This document shows positions 1 to 8,620 of a stretch of DNA of 35,120 bases, piece after piece; position 1 is the first letter of the stretch, and each line of letters begins with the position of its first letter. Below the pieces are notes generated by a model. It had not been told where the DNA came from. It saw only the letters and a program-made list of their open reading frames with translations, and did no database searches. This DNA comes from a virus. Taxonomy: Duplodnaviria; Caudoviricetes. The position numbers and the translations under genes were made by a program. The DNA is taken from positions 1-35,120 of the IMG/VR virus record IMGVR_UViG_3300037697_000031. One strand, 5' to 3'.

Positions 1-5
1 GCGAT

Positions 6-1283
6 GTGTCGATCGCGGGGTTTTTAATCGGGGACTACACCGACGACGAGGCACAGTCTCTATCCTACGACCCCGAGCAGATGATCCGCGTCGAGCCGAG
101 GCGGGTCTATTTCGATCTCGGGGCGGGCGGGGGCAACGCGACTGCCAGTGGCTCGATCGCACCCGTCTCGCTCACCGCCCCGACTGGCTCTGCAGCAGGA
201 GAGGGAGCAGCGACAGGGGCGCCGGCCGGCGCCTCGCTCACCGCACCAACCGGCTCGGCGACAGGTACAACGGTAATACACGCAACAGGGTCAGGTACCC
301 CGGCCGCGTTGAGCCTCACCGCCCCTACAGGCAGCGCAGCAGGACATGGCACGGCAGCCGGGGCCCCAGCGCAAGTCACCCTTGCCGCCCCGATCGGCTT
401 CGCCAGTGCTACTACGGTTATTCACGCGTCGGCATCCGGTAGCCTCGATGCAGTATCACTGACCGCCCCGACGGGCAACGCGGCGGCGGGCACGGTAATT
501 CACGGTGTAGCTTCCGGGGCGGTCGCGGCCGTAGCCTTGAGTGTGCCTACAGGCACGGCTAGCGGGACCATTGTGGTTCACGGTACGGCGTCGGGCAGCG
601 TGGCGGCCGTAACGCTTACCCCGGCGAGCGGGTCGGCATCTGCTACCTCCGTCGTGCATGCCTCGGCGTCGGGTAGCCTATCGGCACTCAGTGTCACGGC
701 CCCCACAGGTAGCGCGAGCGGTACGGCGGCCGGTAATGCAGAGGGCGCGGGCGTCTGCGCTCCTGTATCGTTGCAGGCCCCGTCCGGAACAGCATCCGGT
801 ACAGCAGTTGCGTCTGGCGATCCTGCACCGATCGTCCTGACACCCGCTACCGGGGGTGCCGCAGCAGGAACCACGATTCACGCTTCCGCCTCGGGCTCCT
901 TGGCGGAGACCACGCTGACGCCCGCTACGGGTCAGGGGTACGGTGCCGCCAACGCGTCTGGGGTAGTGCCTAGCCTTGGCCTTACGCCGGTCACCGGGTC
1001 TGCCTCCGCCACAGTCAGGATTGACGCTGTCGCTTCCGGGGCGCTGGCAGTAGCGGGCCTCTCCGCCCCCACCGGCACCGCAAGCGGTACCATCGTCATC
1101 AATGCCGTAGGCTCTGGCAGTCTGGCCGCTATCTGGCTTACGCCTGCTACCTACGTACGAGTGGTGGAGCGGCACGACATTGTTAACGCCTACTGGTACT
1201 ACGCACCGGCAGAAGTACTTTGGCCTATACATACGGCGGGGGCCCCACATCTGCCCGGCGGGGTTATGTGGGTAAGTCACTGA
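6..1283 (+). CDS. Ala/Gly/Ser/Thr-rich repeat protein, probable virion tail/fibre-associated protein
   Basis: About 14 imperfect repeats of [VL]SLTAPTGSA.G with alternating short and long spacers (the long ones contain TVIHA.SG); lies immediately upstream of the lysis cassette, where tail-fibre genes usually sit. Start is uncertain at the window edge. Confidence 0.55.
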   Translation: MSIAGFLIGDYTDDEAQSLSYDPEQMIRVEPRRVYFDLGAGGGNATASGSIAPVSLTAPTGSAAGEGAATGAPAGASLTAPTGSATGTTVIHATGSGTPAALSLTAPTGSAAGHGTAAGAPAQVTLAAPIGFASATTVIHASASGSLDAVSLTAPTGNAAAGTVIHGVASGAVAAVALSVPTGTASGTIVVHGTASGSVAAVTLTPASGSASATSVVHASASGSLSALSVTAPTGSASGTAAGNAEGAGVCAPVSLQAPSGTASGTAVASGDPAPIVLTPATGGAAAGTTIHASASGSLAETTLTPATGQGYGAANASGVVPSLGLTPVTGSASATVRIDAVASGALAVAGLSAPTGTASGTIVINAVGSGSLAAIWLTPATYVRVVERHDIVNAYWYYAPAEVLWPIHTAGAPHLPGGVMWVSH

Positions 1284-1326
1284 CGCGGTCCGGTTATGAA
1301 ATCGATTTCAAAGAGGGGGAGGTGCC

Positions 1327-1431
1327 ATGCGTACGCTACCGTTATCGTCCTTGTCTGCAATAGCCTCTGACCACTACTCCTCCGCGTACCGGGCATGGGT
1401 ACGGGGGCGATCATTCGGACTGGCCGTATGA
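1327..1431 (+). CDS. small hypothetical protein (34 aa, MRTLPLSSLSAIASDHYSSAYRAWVRGRSFGLAV)
   Basis: Strong SD (GAGGGGGAGGT) directly after the 14-bp palindrome; its TGA overlaps the next ATG (ATGA at 1428-1431). Below the ORF-track size cutoff. Confidence 0.45.
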   Translation: MRTLPLSSLSAIASDHYSSAYRAWVRGRSFGLAV

Positions 1432-1739
1432 CCCGTGAGGAATTCCTTAAAAGAGAGAACGCCCGTTCATGGCTACACAAATGTGGCGATGCCACCAGCC
1501 AGTGGGTAAATGCGGCTGTCCTCAACGGCAACCCGAATGAGTCGATCTCGGGCCGTTCTTACCGGGAGGGGTGGAGCGTTAAGTGGTGGATCGACTCCGT
1601 GTTCCCGGGCAACCAGCATTGCCGAGAAGCATGGGTCATGGACATCTGGCGGGCGGCACTGATTGTAGAGAGATACGGCGACAGCATTGGCACCAAGCTG
1701 TGCGATAAGACGTGTGGTCTACAGGACAAAGAACTATGA
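1428..1739 (+). CDS. conserved phage hypothetical protein (NGNPNESISGRSY...WID..F...HC..A family)
   Basis: The NESISGR/HCxxA motif pattern is typical of small proteins found near phage tail and lysis genes; ATGA coupling at both ends. Confidence 0.7.
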   Translation: MTREEFLKRENARSWLHKCGDATSQWVNAAVLNGNPNESISGRSYREGWSVKWWIDSVFPGNQHCREAWVMDIWRAALIVERYGDSIGTKLCDKTCGLQDKEL

Positions 1740-2116
1740 GACGTACCGATAACGAGCTGCAGCAGCAGCTAGAAGAAATGATCAAACACGAGCAAGAGCC
1801 AGTCGAGCGGGCGCGGCTGATGGTCATGTACCAGATGGTCTCGATCCTCATCGACAACGTTAAAGTTGCGCGGGAGACTAGTGACAAGTTCAACGTCCAC
1901 GCCGAGATGGATGCCAAATTGCTGAACAGGGCATGGGGCATCGGGAAGGTGATTGGCACAGCGGTAATGGCCGTCCAGATCACGGTGGGGTATGTGCTGT
2001 CCGAGCACCTGAACGACATGAAGGAGATGAAAGCCGTCATCACGGCCCACAATAAAGAGCTGGATACCGTCAGGGAGCGGCACCGCATCGAAGACCGCAT
2101 GGGTGTCTCGCGATAA
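1736..2116 (+). CDS. single-TM coiled-coil membrane protein, possible holin/antiholin accessory
   Basis: One hydrophobic segment (WGIGKVIGTAVMAVQITVGYVL) flanked by coiled-coil-like regions; precedes the lysis genes. Confidence 0.6.
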   Translation: MRRTDNELQQQLEEMIKHEQEPVERARLMVMYQMVSILIDNVKVARETSDKFNVHAEMDAKLLNRAWGIGKVIGTAVMAVQITVGYVLSEHLNDMKEMKAVITAHNKELDTVRERHRIEDRMGVSR

Positions 2117-2174
2117 AGTGGTTACGTAATGCTTTAGCTTTTTGAAATCGATTTCATTTTCAAAGGGGAACAAC

Positions 2175-2330
2175 ATGAGTAACGTAGTCCAGATCCGCGC
2201 GCCCCGGCCCCGGCCTCCCGCACTTCACGGGACACATACGGTTATCCACGTGGAGTTCCGGCCCGCAACGCCCACCCCGGGTGCGACAGCCGTCTCTGCC
2301 ATGCTCCGCCTGTTCTTCCCCTACCTGTAG
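2175..2330 (+). CDS. small hypothetical protein (51 aa)
   Basis: SD AAAGGGGAA before ATG 2175, downstream of a palindrome copy. Confidence 0.5.
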   Translation: MSNVVQIRAPRPRPPALHGTHTVIHVEFRPATPTPGATAVSAMLRLFFPYL

Positions 2331-2352
2331 CCCACCCACCAAGGAGTACCCA

Positions 2353-2637
2353 GTGTCCAAGTTTTCCCTAGATAAAGAGTTTTGGACGGACCTATCACGA
2401 ATGTCTCTGTGGTCCCTGTTCTCGGCCCTACTGTACGGGACCGCGATGGTCATCAACGACCCGCAAATCCAGACCTTGCTATGGAAGGTGGGGCACGTAA
2501 CGGTATCCGCGCACCTCGGGTACTGGATCTCCCGCAAGGCACTCGGGCGGCTTTATGATAGCAGCCCTACCAATGACCGTATCGCCCGGGCAATTATCAT
2601 CGGCGCCTCGATGCTGTCCGTCGCAACGGGCCTGTAG
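2353..2637 (+). CDS. holin (2/3-transmembrane phage holin family)
   Basis: SD AAGGAG with GTG start; hydrophobic segments; LGYWI.R and R.ARAIII...SVATGL C-terminus typical of this holin family; adjacent to the endolysin. Confidence 0.8.
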   Translation: MSKFSLDKEFWTDLSRMSLWSLFSALLYGTAMVINDPQIQTLLWKVGHVTVSAHLGYWISRKALGRLYDSSPTNDRIARAIIIGASMLSVATGL

Positions 2638-2639
2638 CC

Positions 2640-3263
2640 ATGCGGCGCTTCTTCCTCAACATCGTCGTGGCGACCGCCGTCGTAATGCTCATGGCAACGC
2701 AGGTCGCGTTTGCTCAGGTACCCGCCGCAGCCAATCACTTCCGGCCAGACCTCGTAAGGGCAGCACAGGCGGTGTGGGGGATCAGGGCGCCTATCCCCAT
2801 GTTCTCCGGACAAATCCATCAGGAGTCGATGTGGCGCCCGGACGTATGCAGCCCCTACGCATGCGGGCTTACCCAATTTACCCCAGCAACCGCCGACTGG
2901 ATTGCTCAGGCATATGGCGTAGAGCTGAAAACGACGGATGCGAGGCAGGCACGGTTCCACCCTGTATGGGCGATGCGCGCGATGGTCCGGTACGACAAGC
3001 ATCTATATGACCGGTCCAAGGGACACACGGAATGCGATCGCATGTGGGCCGTCCTGCGCCACTACAACGGCGGGGCGGGTCATTGGTTCAAAGAAGCAGC
3101 GAACGCCGCAGACCCTTTGGATCGTGACAGCGTCGACGCACAGTGCGGGACCGCGAGACGCAGCATTAAGCACTGCCCGGAGAGCACGGGTTACCCGAGA
3201 CGTATCCTATTGCAGCACCAAATCAAGTACGCGCCGTGGGGCCGTACCGTTTGCCTTTCCTAG
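2640..3263 (+). CDS. endolysin, SLT-family lytic transglycosylase with N-terminal signal sequence
   Basis: IHQES catalytic motif, GLTQF, YNGG; hydrophobic N-terminus with AFA-Q cleavage-like site. Confidence 0.9.
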   Translation: MRRFFLNIVVATAVVMLMATQVAFAQVPAAANHFRPDLVRAAQAVWGIRAPIPMFSGQIHQESMWRPDVCSPYACGLTQFTPATADWIAQAYGVELKTTDARQARFHPVWAMRAMVRYDKHLYDRSKGHTECDRMWAVLRHYNGGAGHWFKEAANAADPLDRDSVDAQCGTARRSIKHCPESTGYPRRILLQHQIKYAPWGRTVCLS

Positions 3264-3278
3264 AGTTAAAGGAGTACC

Positions 3279-3386
3279 ATGGACCCGTACCGTTTCTTGC
3301 TTTGGTGGCCGATCTTCTACATCAACTTTGTCCAGCAGATGCTGCGGGGGCACCCCGCCACCCGCACCCCGGCGCGTATTCAGTAG
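3279..3386 (+). CDS. small hydrophobic peptide (35 aa, MDPYRFLLWWPIFYINFVQQMLRGHPATRTPARIQ)
   Basis: SD AAGGAGTACC, identical to the one before the holin; fills the gap between endolysin and Rz. Confidence 0.5.
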   Translation: MDPYRFLLWWPIFYINFVQQMLRGHPATRTPARIQ

Positions 3387-3422
3387 GATCGTCGTGCCAT
3401 GGATTTCGTACCGAGGGATACC

Positions 3423-3929
3423 ATGATAAAGACGGGGATTACTTGCCTAGCAGCCGGTCTCATCGTCGGGGGTAGTCTCGGTGCCTTTACCGGATACAAG
3501 GTCATGGCGGCCCGGTATTACGAGGAAAAGGCGGACACTACGGAGATCCTGATCAAGCTGGTCGAAGCCGCTAACCGTGTTACCGTAAAATACGAAACCG
3601 TATTCGTTGATCGAGTCGAGAAAGTCTATATTCGGGGCCGGGTTGTCGAGAAGGAGGTGATCAAGTATGTTAATGCGGAAGACGATGCTGCTTGCCAGTT
3701 GCGCAATGGTTTTGTCAGGATGTACGACGCGTCTCTGCACGGTGGAGTTACCGGCCCCGCCACCGATACTGACCGAGAGCCCAGCGGAATTACGCTCTCT
3801 CGGGCGACTGAAGATGTACTCGTCCCCAACAATACTGAACTCCTCGCCTGCTACGCAAGACTTGAAGGCTGGCAGCAGTTCTACGGGGAATTGAGAGAGA
3901 CCTACCGGAAAGGAAAGGCCATCAACTGA
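3423..3929 (+). CDS. Rz: i-spanin (Rz-like)
   Basis: N-terminal TM segment, coiled coil, EKEVIKYV...C.L..GFVRMYD pattern; contains a nested lipoprotein ORF. Confidence 0.8.
   Translation: MIKTGITCLAAGLIVGGSLGAFTGYKVMAARYYEEKADTTEILIKLVEAANRVTVKYETVFVDRVEKVYIRGRVVEKEVIKYVNAEDDAACQLRNGFVRMYDASLHGGVTGPATDTDREPSGITLSRATEDVLVPNNTELLACYARLEGWQQFYGELRETYRKGKAIN
3667..3894 (+). CDS. Rz1: o-spanin (Rz1-like lipoprotein), nested in Rz in an alternative frame
   Basis: SD AAGGAGGTG at 3651-3659, lipobox VLSG-C, Pro-rich mature region (ELPAPPP). Confidence 0.8.
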   Translation: MLMRKTMLLASCAMVLSGCTTRLCTVELPAPPPILTESPAELRSLGRLKMYSSPTILNSSPATQDLKAGSSSTGN

Positions 3930-3963
3930 ATGTCTCCTCCTCACCCTGAAAGGGGTAGAGTTT

Positions 3964-3991
3964 AACCCTCGGCTTGCCGGGGGTTTTTTTT
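3964..3991 (+). terminator. rho-independent terminator ending the late/lysis transcript
   Basis: CCCTCGG-CTTG-CCGGGGG stem followed by T8. Confidence 0.85.
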
Positions 3992-4028
3992 GTTCAAAAT
4001 TTTGAAATCGTTTGCAAAGGAGAAAACC

Positions 4029-4175
4029 ATGGAAGCCACGGTACCTTTTATATTCCGCTGTGCCGCCGCCTTATCGATGATTGCGGCGATATACCTAAGC
4101 ATCGACACGGACAGTCTCGTGATTGTATTGGCGATACAGGCATTGGTCTTTCAGAATGCGGCCGAGTACAAGTGA
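4029..4175 (+). CDS. small two-TM membrane protein (48 aa)
   Basis: SD AAGGAG directly after a palindrome variant; two hydrophobic stretches. Confidence 0.55.
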   Translation: MEATVPFIFRCAAALSMIAAIYLSIDTDSLVIVLAIQALVFQNAAEYK

Positions 4176-4194
4176 CGTACCCCTAAAGGATCTT

Positions 4195-4206
4195 TTGTCG
4201 TATAAT
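4195..4206 (+). promoter_or_regulatory. putative sigma70 -10 element upstream of the AAA ATPase
   Basis: Perfect TATAAT at 4201-4206 in an intergenic gap; no convincing -35. Confidence 0.4.
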
Positions 4207-4253
4207 GTCGATTCCCATGGCGCACACGCCGGGCTTACCGAGGAGAGTAGAAA

Positions 4254-5918
4254 ATGGAAGTCAACAAAGACTTGATGGCGCGACACTCTGGCGACGATTT
4301 CGCCAACAAGATGTGCATGTATATTGATTCAGGCGCGGGCGTCATCCACGTACGTACAGGCGAACCACTCAGGGCGCTTGCCACGATACGCAAGCAGGCA
4401 CTGAAGGAAAACGGCGAATACAAGGAATGGGACATCGTCAATGGCTGGCGGTCCTTCGACCTGACAGACATGCATGCCCACGCGAAAGAGGGGGACAACA
4501 ACATCGACCCCGCCGATGCGTTCAGTAAGCCATATGGCGAACTGCGCGACGCCCACGCCAGCATGTCCTCCCCGGTCACGAAGTATTTCGTGTTCAACGG
4601 GGTACAGGTGTTCATGGAAAACAACCCGCACATGGAGCAGTTGGTTACGATCTACAGCAACCTCCTGCCCTCTACCAACATCGTTGTGATCTTGCTGACG
4701 CCGGACGCCCCGCTCCCGATGGAGTCCTCCAGCAGCATCCTGTCGATCACCTTTGAAACGCCGGGGCTGGGCGAGCTACGCGAGTCGCTGGGCGGCATCC
4801 TCGAAGGGGTGGAAGACCAGTTCGAGAATATCGCTTTCTCCGAACAGGACAAGACCCGTATCTGCTTCGTCGGCGCGGGGATGACTCAGTCGCATTTCGA
4901 TACCTATACCTCTCTGTCGATCGTCGAGGCGGGGCGGACGGGCAAGCAGGACCTTTTGCCGGAAGATGTGGTCAAGGGGGTCATGATCGGCAAGACCGAT
5001 GTGGTCAACTCCAACGACATCCTCGAACTGATGAAGCCCGGCAGCATGGACAACGTCGGCGGGATGGAGAATCTGAAAGACTGGATTCGCAAGCGGTCGC
5101 GTTGCTACTCCGATGAAGCCCGGGAGTTCGGTGTAGAGCCGCCCAAGGGTATCGTGTTCGTCGGCGTCCCGGGTAGCGGCAAGAGTCTGGCCGCCAAGGC
5201 GATTGCGTCTTCGCTGGGTATCCCCTTGGTACGACTGGATTTCGGGCGGGTGTTCAACTCCTTGGTCGGAGCGTCGGAGCAGCGCATGCGTACCGCCCTC
5301 AAGATGGTCGAGAGCATGGCGCCCGTTGTGCTCTTTGCCGACGAGATCGACAAGGGGCTGGGGGGTATCGGGGGCTCGTCCGATGGGGGCACCAGTAACC
5401 GGGTGCTTGGGTCCTTCCTCTCATGGCTACAGGATTGCCCGTATCCGGTGTTCACCATGGTAACGGCCAACAATGTAGATGGACTTCCTCCCGAGCTGCT
5501 TCGGCGCGGCCGGTTCGATGCCATCTTCTCTTCCGATCTGCCGACTGCCCGGGAGCGTAGGGAAGTCCTCGCCATCCACCTCAAGCTGCGCGGACGGGAC
5601 ATCACCGATTTTGAAGAGGCAGATATCCAGAAGGTGGTAGATGCGTCCAACAAGTATGTCCCGGCAGAGATCGAATCAGCGGTCAAGGATGCTCTGGTCA
5701 ATGCCTTTGACGAGGGGGAGGAGATGACCATGAATCACGTCGTGGATGCCCTTACCGTCATGGTACCGCTGTCCAAGGCATTCGAGGCACAGATCGCGAA
5801 GATGAGCGAATGGTCGAAAAATAACGCCACCCCGGCCAGCGCGCAGGAGGACCAGAAGGCCAAGCTGGTCGCGGCGGCAAAGAACCGGTCGCGGATCTCT
5901 ACCCGAGTACGACGATAG
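4254..5918 (+). CDS. Ycf46-like AAA+ ATPase (degenerate N-terminal AAA domain plus active AAA domain)
   Basis: VGGMENLKDW, Walker A GVPGSGKS, Walker B VLFADEIDKG, SRH/Arg finger LPPELLRRGRFD. Confidence 0.9.
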   Translation: MEVNKDLMARHSGDDFANKMCMYIDSGAGVIHVRTGEPLRALATIRKQALKENGEYKEWDIVNGWRSFDLTDMHAHAKEGDNNIDPADAFSKPYGELRDAHASMSSPVTKYFVFNGVQVFMENNPHMEQLVTIYSNLLPSTNIVVILLTPDAPLPMESSSSILSITFETPGLGELRESLGGILEGVEDQFENIAFSEQDKTRICFVGAGMTQSHFDTYTSLSIVEAGRTGKQDLLPEDVVKGVMIGKTDVVNSNDILELMKPGSMDNVGGMENLKDWIRKRSRCYSDEAREFGVEPPKGIVFVGVPGSGKSLAAKAIASSLGIPLVRLDFGRVFNSLVGASEQRMRTALKMVESMAPVVLFADEIDKGLGGIGGSSDGGTSNRVLGSFLSWLQDCPYPVFTMVTANNVDGLPPELLRRGRFDAIFSSDLPTARERREVLAIHLKLRGRDITDFEEADIQKVVDASNKYVPAEIESAVKDALVNAFDEGEEMTMNHVVDALTVMVPLSKAFEAQIAKMSEWSKNNATPASAQEDQKAKLVAAAKNRSRISTRVRR

Positions 5919-5993
5919 CCACAGGTGAGAGTCAGATTGGCCCGGCGCATGGGTACAGTATCTCTCGTACCTATTCTAGACAGGAGGACTAAC

Positions 5994-6188
5994 ATGGACG
6001 AGCAAGATGTGGTCGACCGACTTGGGGAACCTGACGCGGTGTTGTCCGCCGGGCGCGGGATGACCAGCGTCGCATGGCTTTGCAGTGGTTGCAAACGGCT
6101 TCACGAATTCGACACTCCGGTGCGTCCGCCCGCACCTTGCGAGTGCGGAGGTATAGCGTTTGTGAGGCGGGCACGGACGCACCACTGA
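5994..6188 (+). CDS. small zinc-ribbon protein
   Basis: SD AGGAGG; CSGC...CECGG cysteine pairs. Confidence 0.65.
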   Translation: MDEQDVVDRLGEPDAVLSAGRGMTSVAWLCSGCKRLHEFDTPVRPPAPCECGGIAFVRRARTHH

Positions 6189-6222
6189 TTTCCAACAACC
6201 GACATCTGACTGGTATATCGAC

Positions 6223-6426
6223 ATGGCAACGAAAGAAATCAAGATTGTAGAAGGCGAGGTAGTACGTGATCGGTTCGGAAGCTGGAGCGACTGTTCGCCG
6301 GGGCTGTACATCGACACCGACATGGTAGAGTCAATCTTCAATGCCTACAAAGGGAAACGAATCCGAGTAACCATTGAAGTAGTCGGCGACACGCTGCCCG
6401 GCGATTACGAAACAGGAGACTATTGA
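6223..6426 (+). CDS. hypothetical protein
   Basis: 67-aa ORF packed tightly with the next gene. Confidence 0.6.
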   Translation: MATKEIKIVEGEVVRDRFGSWSDCSPGLYIDTDMVESIFNAYKGKRIRVTIEVVGDTLPGDYETGDY

Positions 6427-6427
6427 C

Positions 6428-7033
6428 ATGGCAAATGTAGTAATTTCGGCTGGCTACGGCAAGGAAAACTTCAAGGACTCTTCGGTATCCCTGTCCGCAT
6501 TTGCGGTGGAGGCCCCGTTTGTCCGCACCTTGGTCGGCCGCAAATTTCCCCGGGTAGGGAACACACAGGCATTCCCTGTTACGGCACACCCGGACATCAA
6601 CGGTATCCTCTACCTAGACACCGTCGAGGTGCCGGAAGGGGTCTTGATCATGATCCAAGCGTCACACCGATTCAAGGGTTCGGGGGTACGCGACGGGTCG
6701 TTCTTCTTCCGTGCAAGGCACGACGGCCCCATGCACCTCGTGAAAGCACTCCTCCCGAGCGACGCAAACGCCCTTGTTGGCAACAAATTCGTCGTTTTGC
6801 AGGGCCGGGGAGATGTCATTTCGGCCGCCGAAGCGGTCGATCTGCACAAAGTTGACCTGCGAAAAAGCTACATCGAGAACTATTTTGACGAGGAGGAGAT
6901 CGCTTCCTGCTTCCTTTTCGATGTCACAGACCCCGGTGTCGCCGCCCAGAAGCTGGAGAAGATCGAGCTATCCGATGGCAGCGAGGCAGTGGTTTCTGCA
7001 GGCAGAACGGCACGGAGAATCCGTATCCGGTAG
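6428..7033 (+). CDS. hypothetical protein (201 aa, C-terminal RRIRIR)
   Basis: SD AGGAG; phage-typical codon usage. Confidence 0.75.
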   Translation: MANVVISAGYGKENFKDSSVSLSAFAVEAPFVRTLVGRKFPRVGNTQAFPVTAHPDINGILYLDTVEVPEGVLIMIQASHRFKGSGVRDGSFFFRARHDGPMHLVKALLPSDANALVGNKFVVLQGRGDVISAAEAVDLHKVDLRKSYIENYFDEEEIASCFLFDVTDPGVAAQKLEKIELSDGSEAVVSAGRTARRIRIR

Positions 7034-7045
7034 TCCAACTGTCGG

Positions 7046-7074
7046 TTGCCCCCCTAGCTTTTTTAGTATATAAT
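7046..7074 (+). promoter_or_regulatory. sigma70-type promoter with a palindromic operator-like site just downstream (7086-7099)
   Basis: TTGCCC (7046-7051), 17-bp spacer, TATAAT (7069-7074). Confidence 0.7.
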
Positions 7075-7131
7075 GATGGGTAAGTTGAGATCGATTTCAA
7101 CCAGCCCCCCCAGACACTGTAAGGAGTAGCT

Positions 7132-7143
7132 ATGAGCCACACC
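7132..7143 (+). pseudogene. orphaned original 5' end (MSHT) of the DUF1257 gene
   Basis: AAGGAG SD plus ATG AGC CAC ACC; encodes the same peptide as the start of 7755 (ATG AGC CAT ACG); abuts the HNH stop codon. Confidence 0.6.
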
Positions 7144-7673
7144 TACGCAACGTGCCCCCAATTGCGCCCGCGCTTAATGTTGCTGATGGCGGAAGGATCT
7201 ACGCCGTACTCACCAGCGATGTAGGTCTGGGAGAGACCGTCGGTAAGAAGGGACCTAATATGGCGCACATCATCCTCGGTGAATTTGGCTCTGCCGTTTG
7301 CCGCCCCGCGATTCGACGTTCCGTGCGTAACGCGGTCAGCTTGGTTTTCGGCATTACTGCCCCACCGCAAGTTGCACAGTCGATTATTAGCCGGCTGTCC
7401 GTTGTTATGGCAGGCGTACGGCCGGCCGGGAGGGGGGTGTCCTACAAAGGCCATAAGTACCAGACGGGACACCGTAGCTTGGTGTGTCTTGCCGTCCTTG
7501 CACAAACTTGTCATGGGATAGCCGTGGCGGCTAATGCGTACCTTATGGGGCTTGGCCCGATACAGTCTGCCAGCGAACCGGCCCCTGCCGGCATAGTAAG
7601 TGCGGACGTTTCCTAGGTCGGACACGTCGTATAGTCCTTCATACCCGGGTACAGGCTTCCAGTTTTCTACCAT
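7143..7673 (-). mobile_element. free-standing NUMOD4-HNH homing endonuclease
   Basis: ENWKPVPGYEGLYDVSDLGNVR (NUMOD4), ACHNNG...NNRLCNLRW...N (HNH), C-terminal HTH; the only well-supported minus-strand gene. Confidence 0.9.
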
Positions 7674-7754
7674 AGTAACGCAGTCCTAGTAGTGACGATT
7701 AACTTATAGTAGCATGACTCACGTAGGTACACCAACTTAAGAAAGGAGGCATGT

Positions 7755-8207
7755 ATGAGCCATACGGTAGAGGTACCCAGCATCGTGTTCTCGGACATGG
7801 ATGCGCTAGGCGCCGCGATCAAGGAACTCAACGCCGCAGGGGTCAAGTGCTCCCTGCAGAAGGGCGGTACGCCCCGCGCGTTTTACGACAATCAGGAAGG
7901 AATGGGCGCGGCGGATTACGTCGTCAAGCTGGAAGACGCGCGCTACGACATCGGTCTGTATTACGACACCGCCAAAAAGGGGTACGTCGCGCGCACCGAC
8001 CTGTTCGGCGGTACCGTCGCGAAAGTCATGGGGGCCACGGCGCGGCCCGGGGAGTCCGCAGAACAGGCGGCACTTGGCCGGCTATACCAAGGCTACGGAG
8101 TGCATGCCGCCACGCGGGCGGCGGTCAAGAACGGGTACACGGTGCGACGGATCGTCAAGGATGACGGGTCGATCGCCCTCCATATGACTGGAATGAGGGG
8201 GTCCTGA
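7755..8207 (+). CDS. DUF1257 (Ycf35-like) protein
   Basis: MSH..V....D...L..A..EL N-terminus, YDIGL, L.QGY...A.....GY pattern; linked to Ycf46 AAA and DUF2997. Confidence 0.75.
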   Translation: MSHTVEVPSIVFSDMDALGAAIKELNAAGVKCSLQKGGTPRAFYDNQEGMGAADYVVKLEDARYDIGLYYDTAKKGYVARTDLFGGTVAKVMGATARPGESAEQAALGRLYQGYGVHAATRAAVKNGYTVRRIVKDDGSIALHMTGMRGS

Positions 8208-8208
8208 G

Positions 8209-8412
8209 ATGAGCAATCCTACCGTAATCGTGGAGATTTCCCCGGCAGGCACCGTGAAAATCGATGCCCAGAACTTCACCGGAGGAGCGTGCGCGAGGGC
8301 TACGGCACCCTTGGAGGTCGTTCTGGGGGGAGCCGGGCCCCAGAAAAAGAAGAAAAAGCCCGAGTTTTTTGCTTCCCCGGGTATCAAGAACCAGAACAAA
8401 CTGACTTTCTGA
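8209..8412 (+). CDS. DUF2997 family protein
   Basis: VEISPAGTVKIDAQNFTGGAC..AT..LE..LG...KPEF signature. Confidence 0.8.
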   Translation: MSNPTVIVEISPAGTVKIDAQNFTGGACARATAPLEVVLGGAGPQKKKKKPEFFASPGIKNQNKLTF

Positions 8413-8414
8413 CC

Positions 8415-8618
8415 ATGGAGAAATTCGCGGTGGTAGTGCCCTCACAAGCGAATCCGGGGAAGGTGAAAATCCTAGACCCGATGTACGTATCGCTTGAGAG
8501 GACGCGCAAAGCGAGGGCCGCGATTGCGATAGGGCCCCCTCGCACAGCGATTTACGCGGTGGAGCTTGGCAAGCCCCTGCGGTTTATCGAGGGTGATAAC
8601 GTAAAGGAGGTATCGTAG
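8415..8618 (+). CDS. hypothetical protein
   Basis: 67-aa ORF tightly packed between its neighbours. Confidence 0.55.
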   Translation: MEKFAVVVPSQANPGKVKILDPMYVSLERTRKARAAIAIGPPRTAIYAVELGKPLRFIEGDNVKEVS

Positions 8619-8620
8619 CT

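Noticed and set aside
5925-5993. MRVRLARR N-terminal extension as another Arg tag
   Set aside because: The SD (AGGAGG) supports the start at 5994, so the extension is probably not translated and was not counted.
7152-7616. 154-aa plus-strand ORF
   Set aside because: Antisense to the clearly recognisable NUMOD4-HNH gene.
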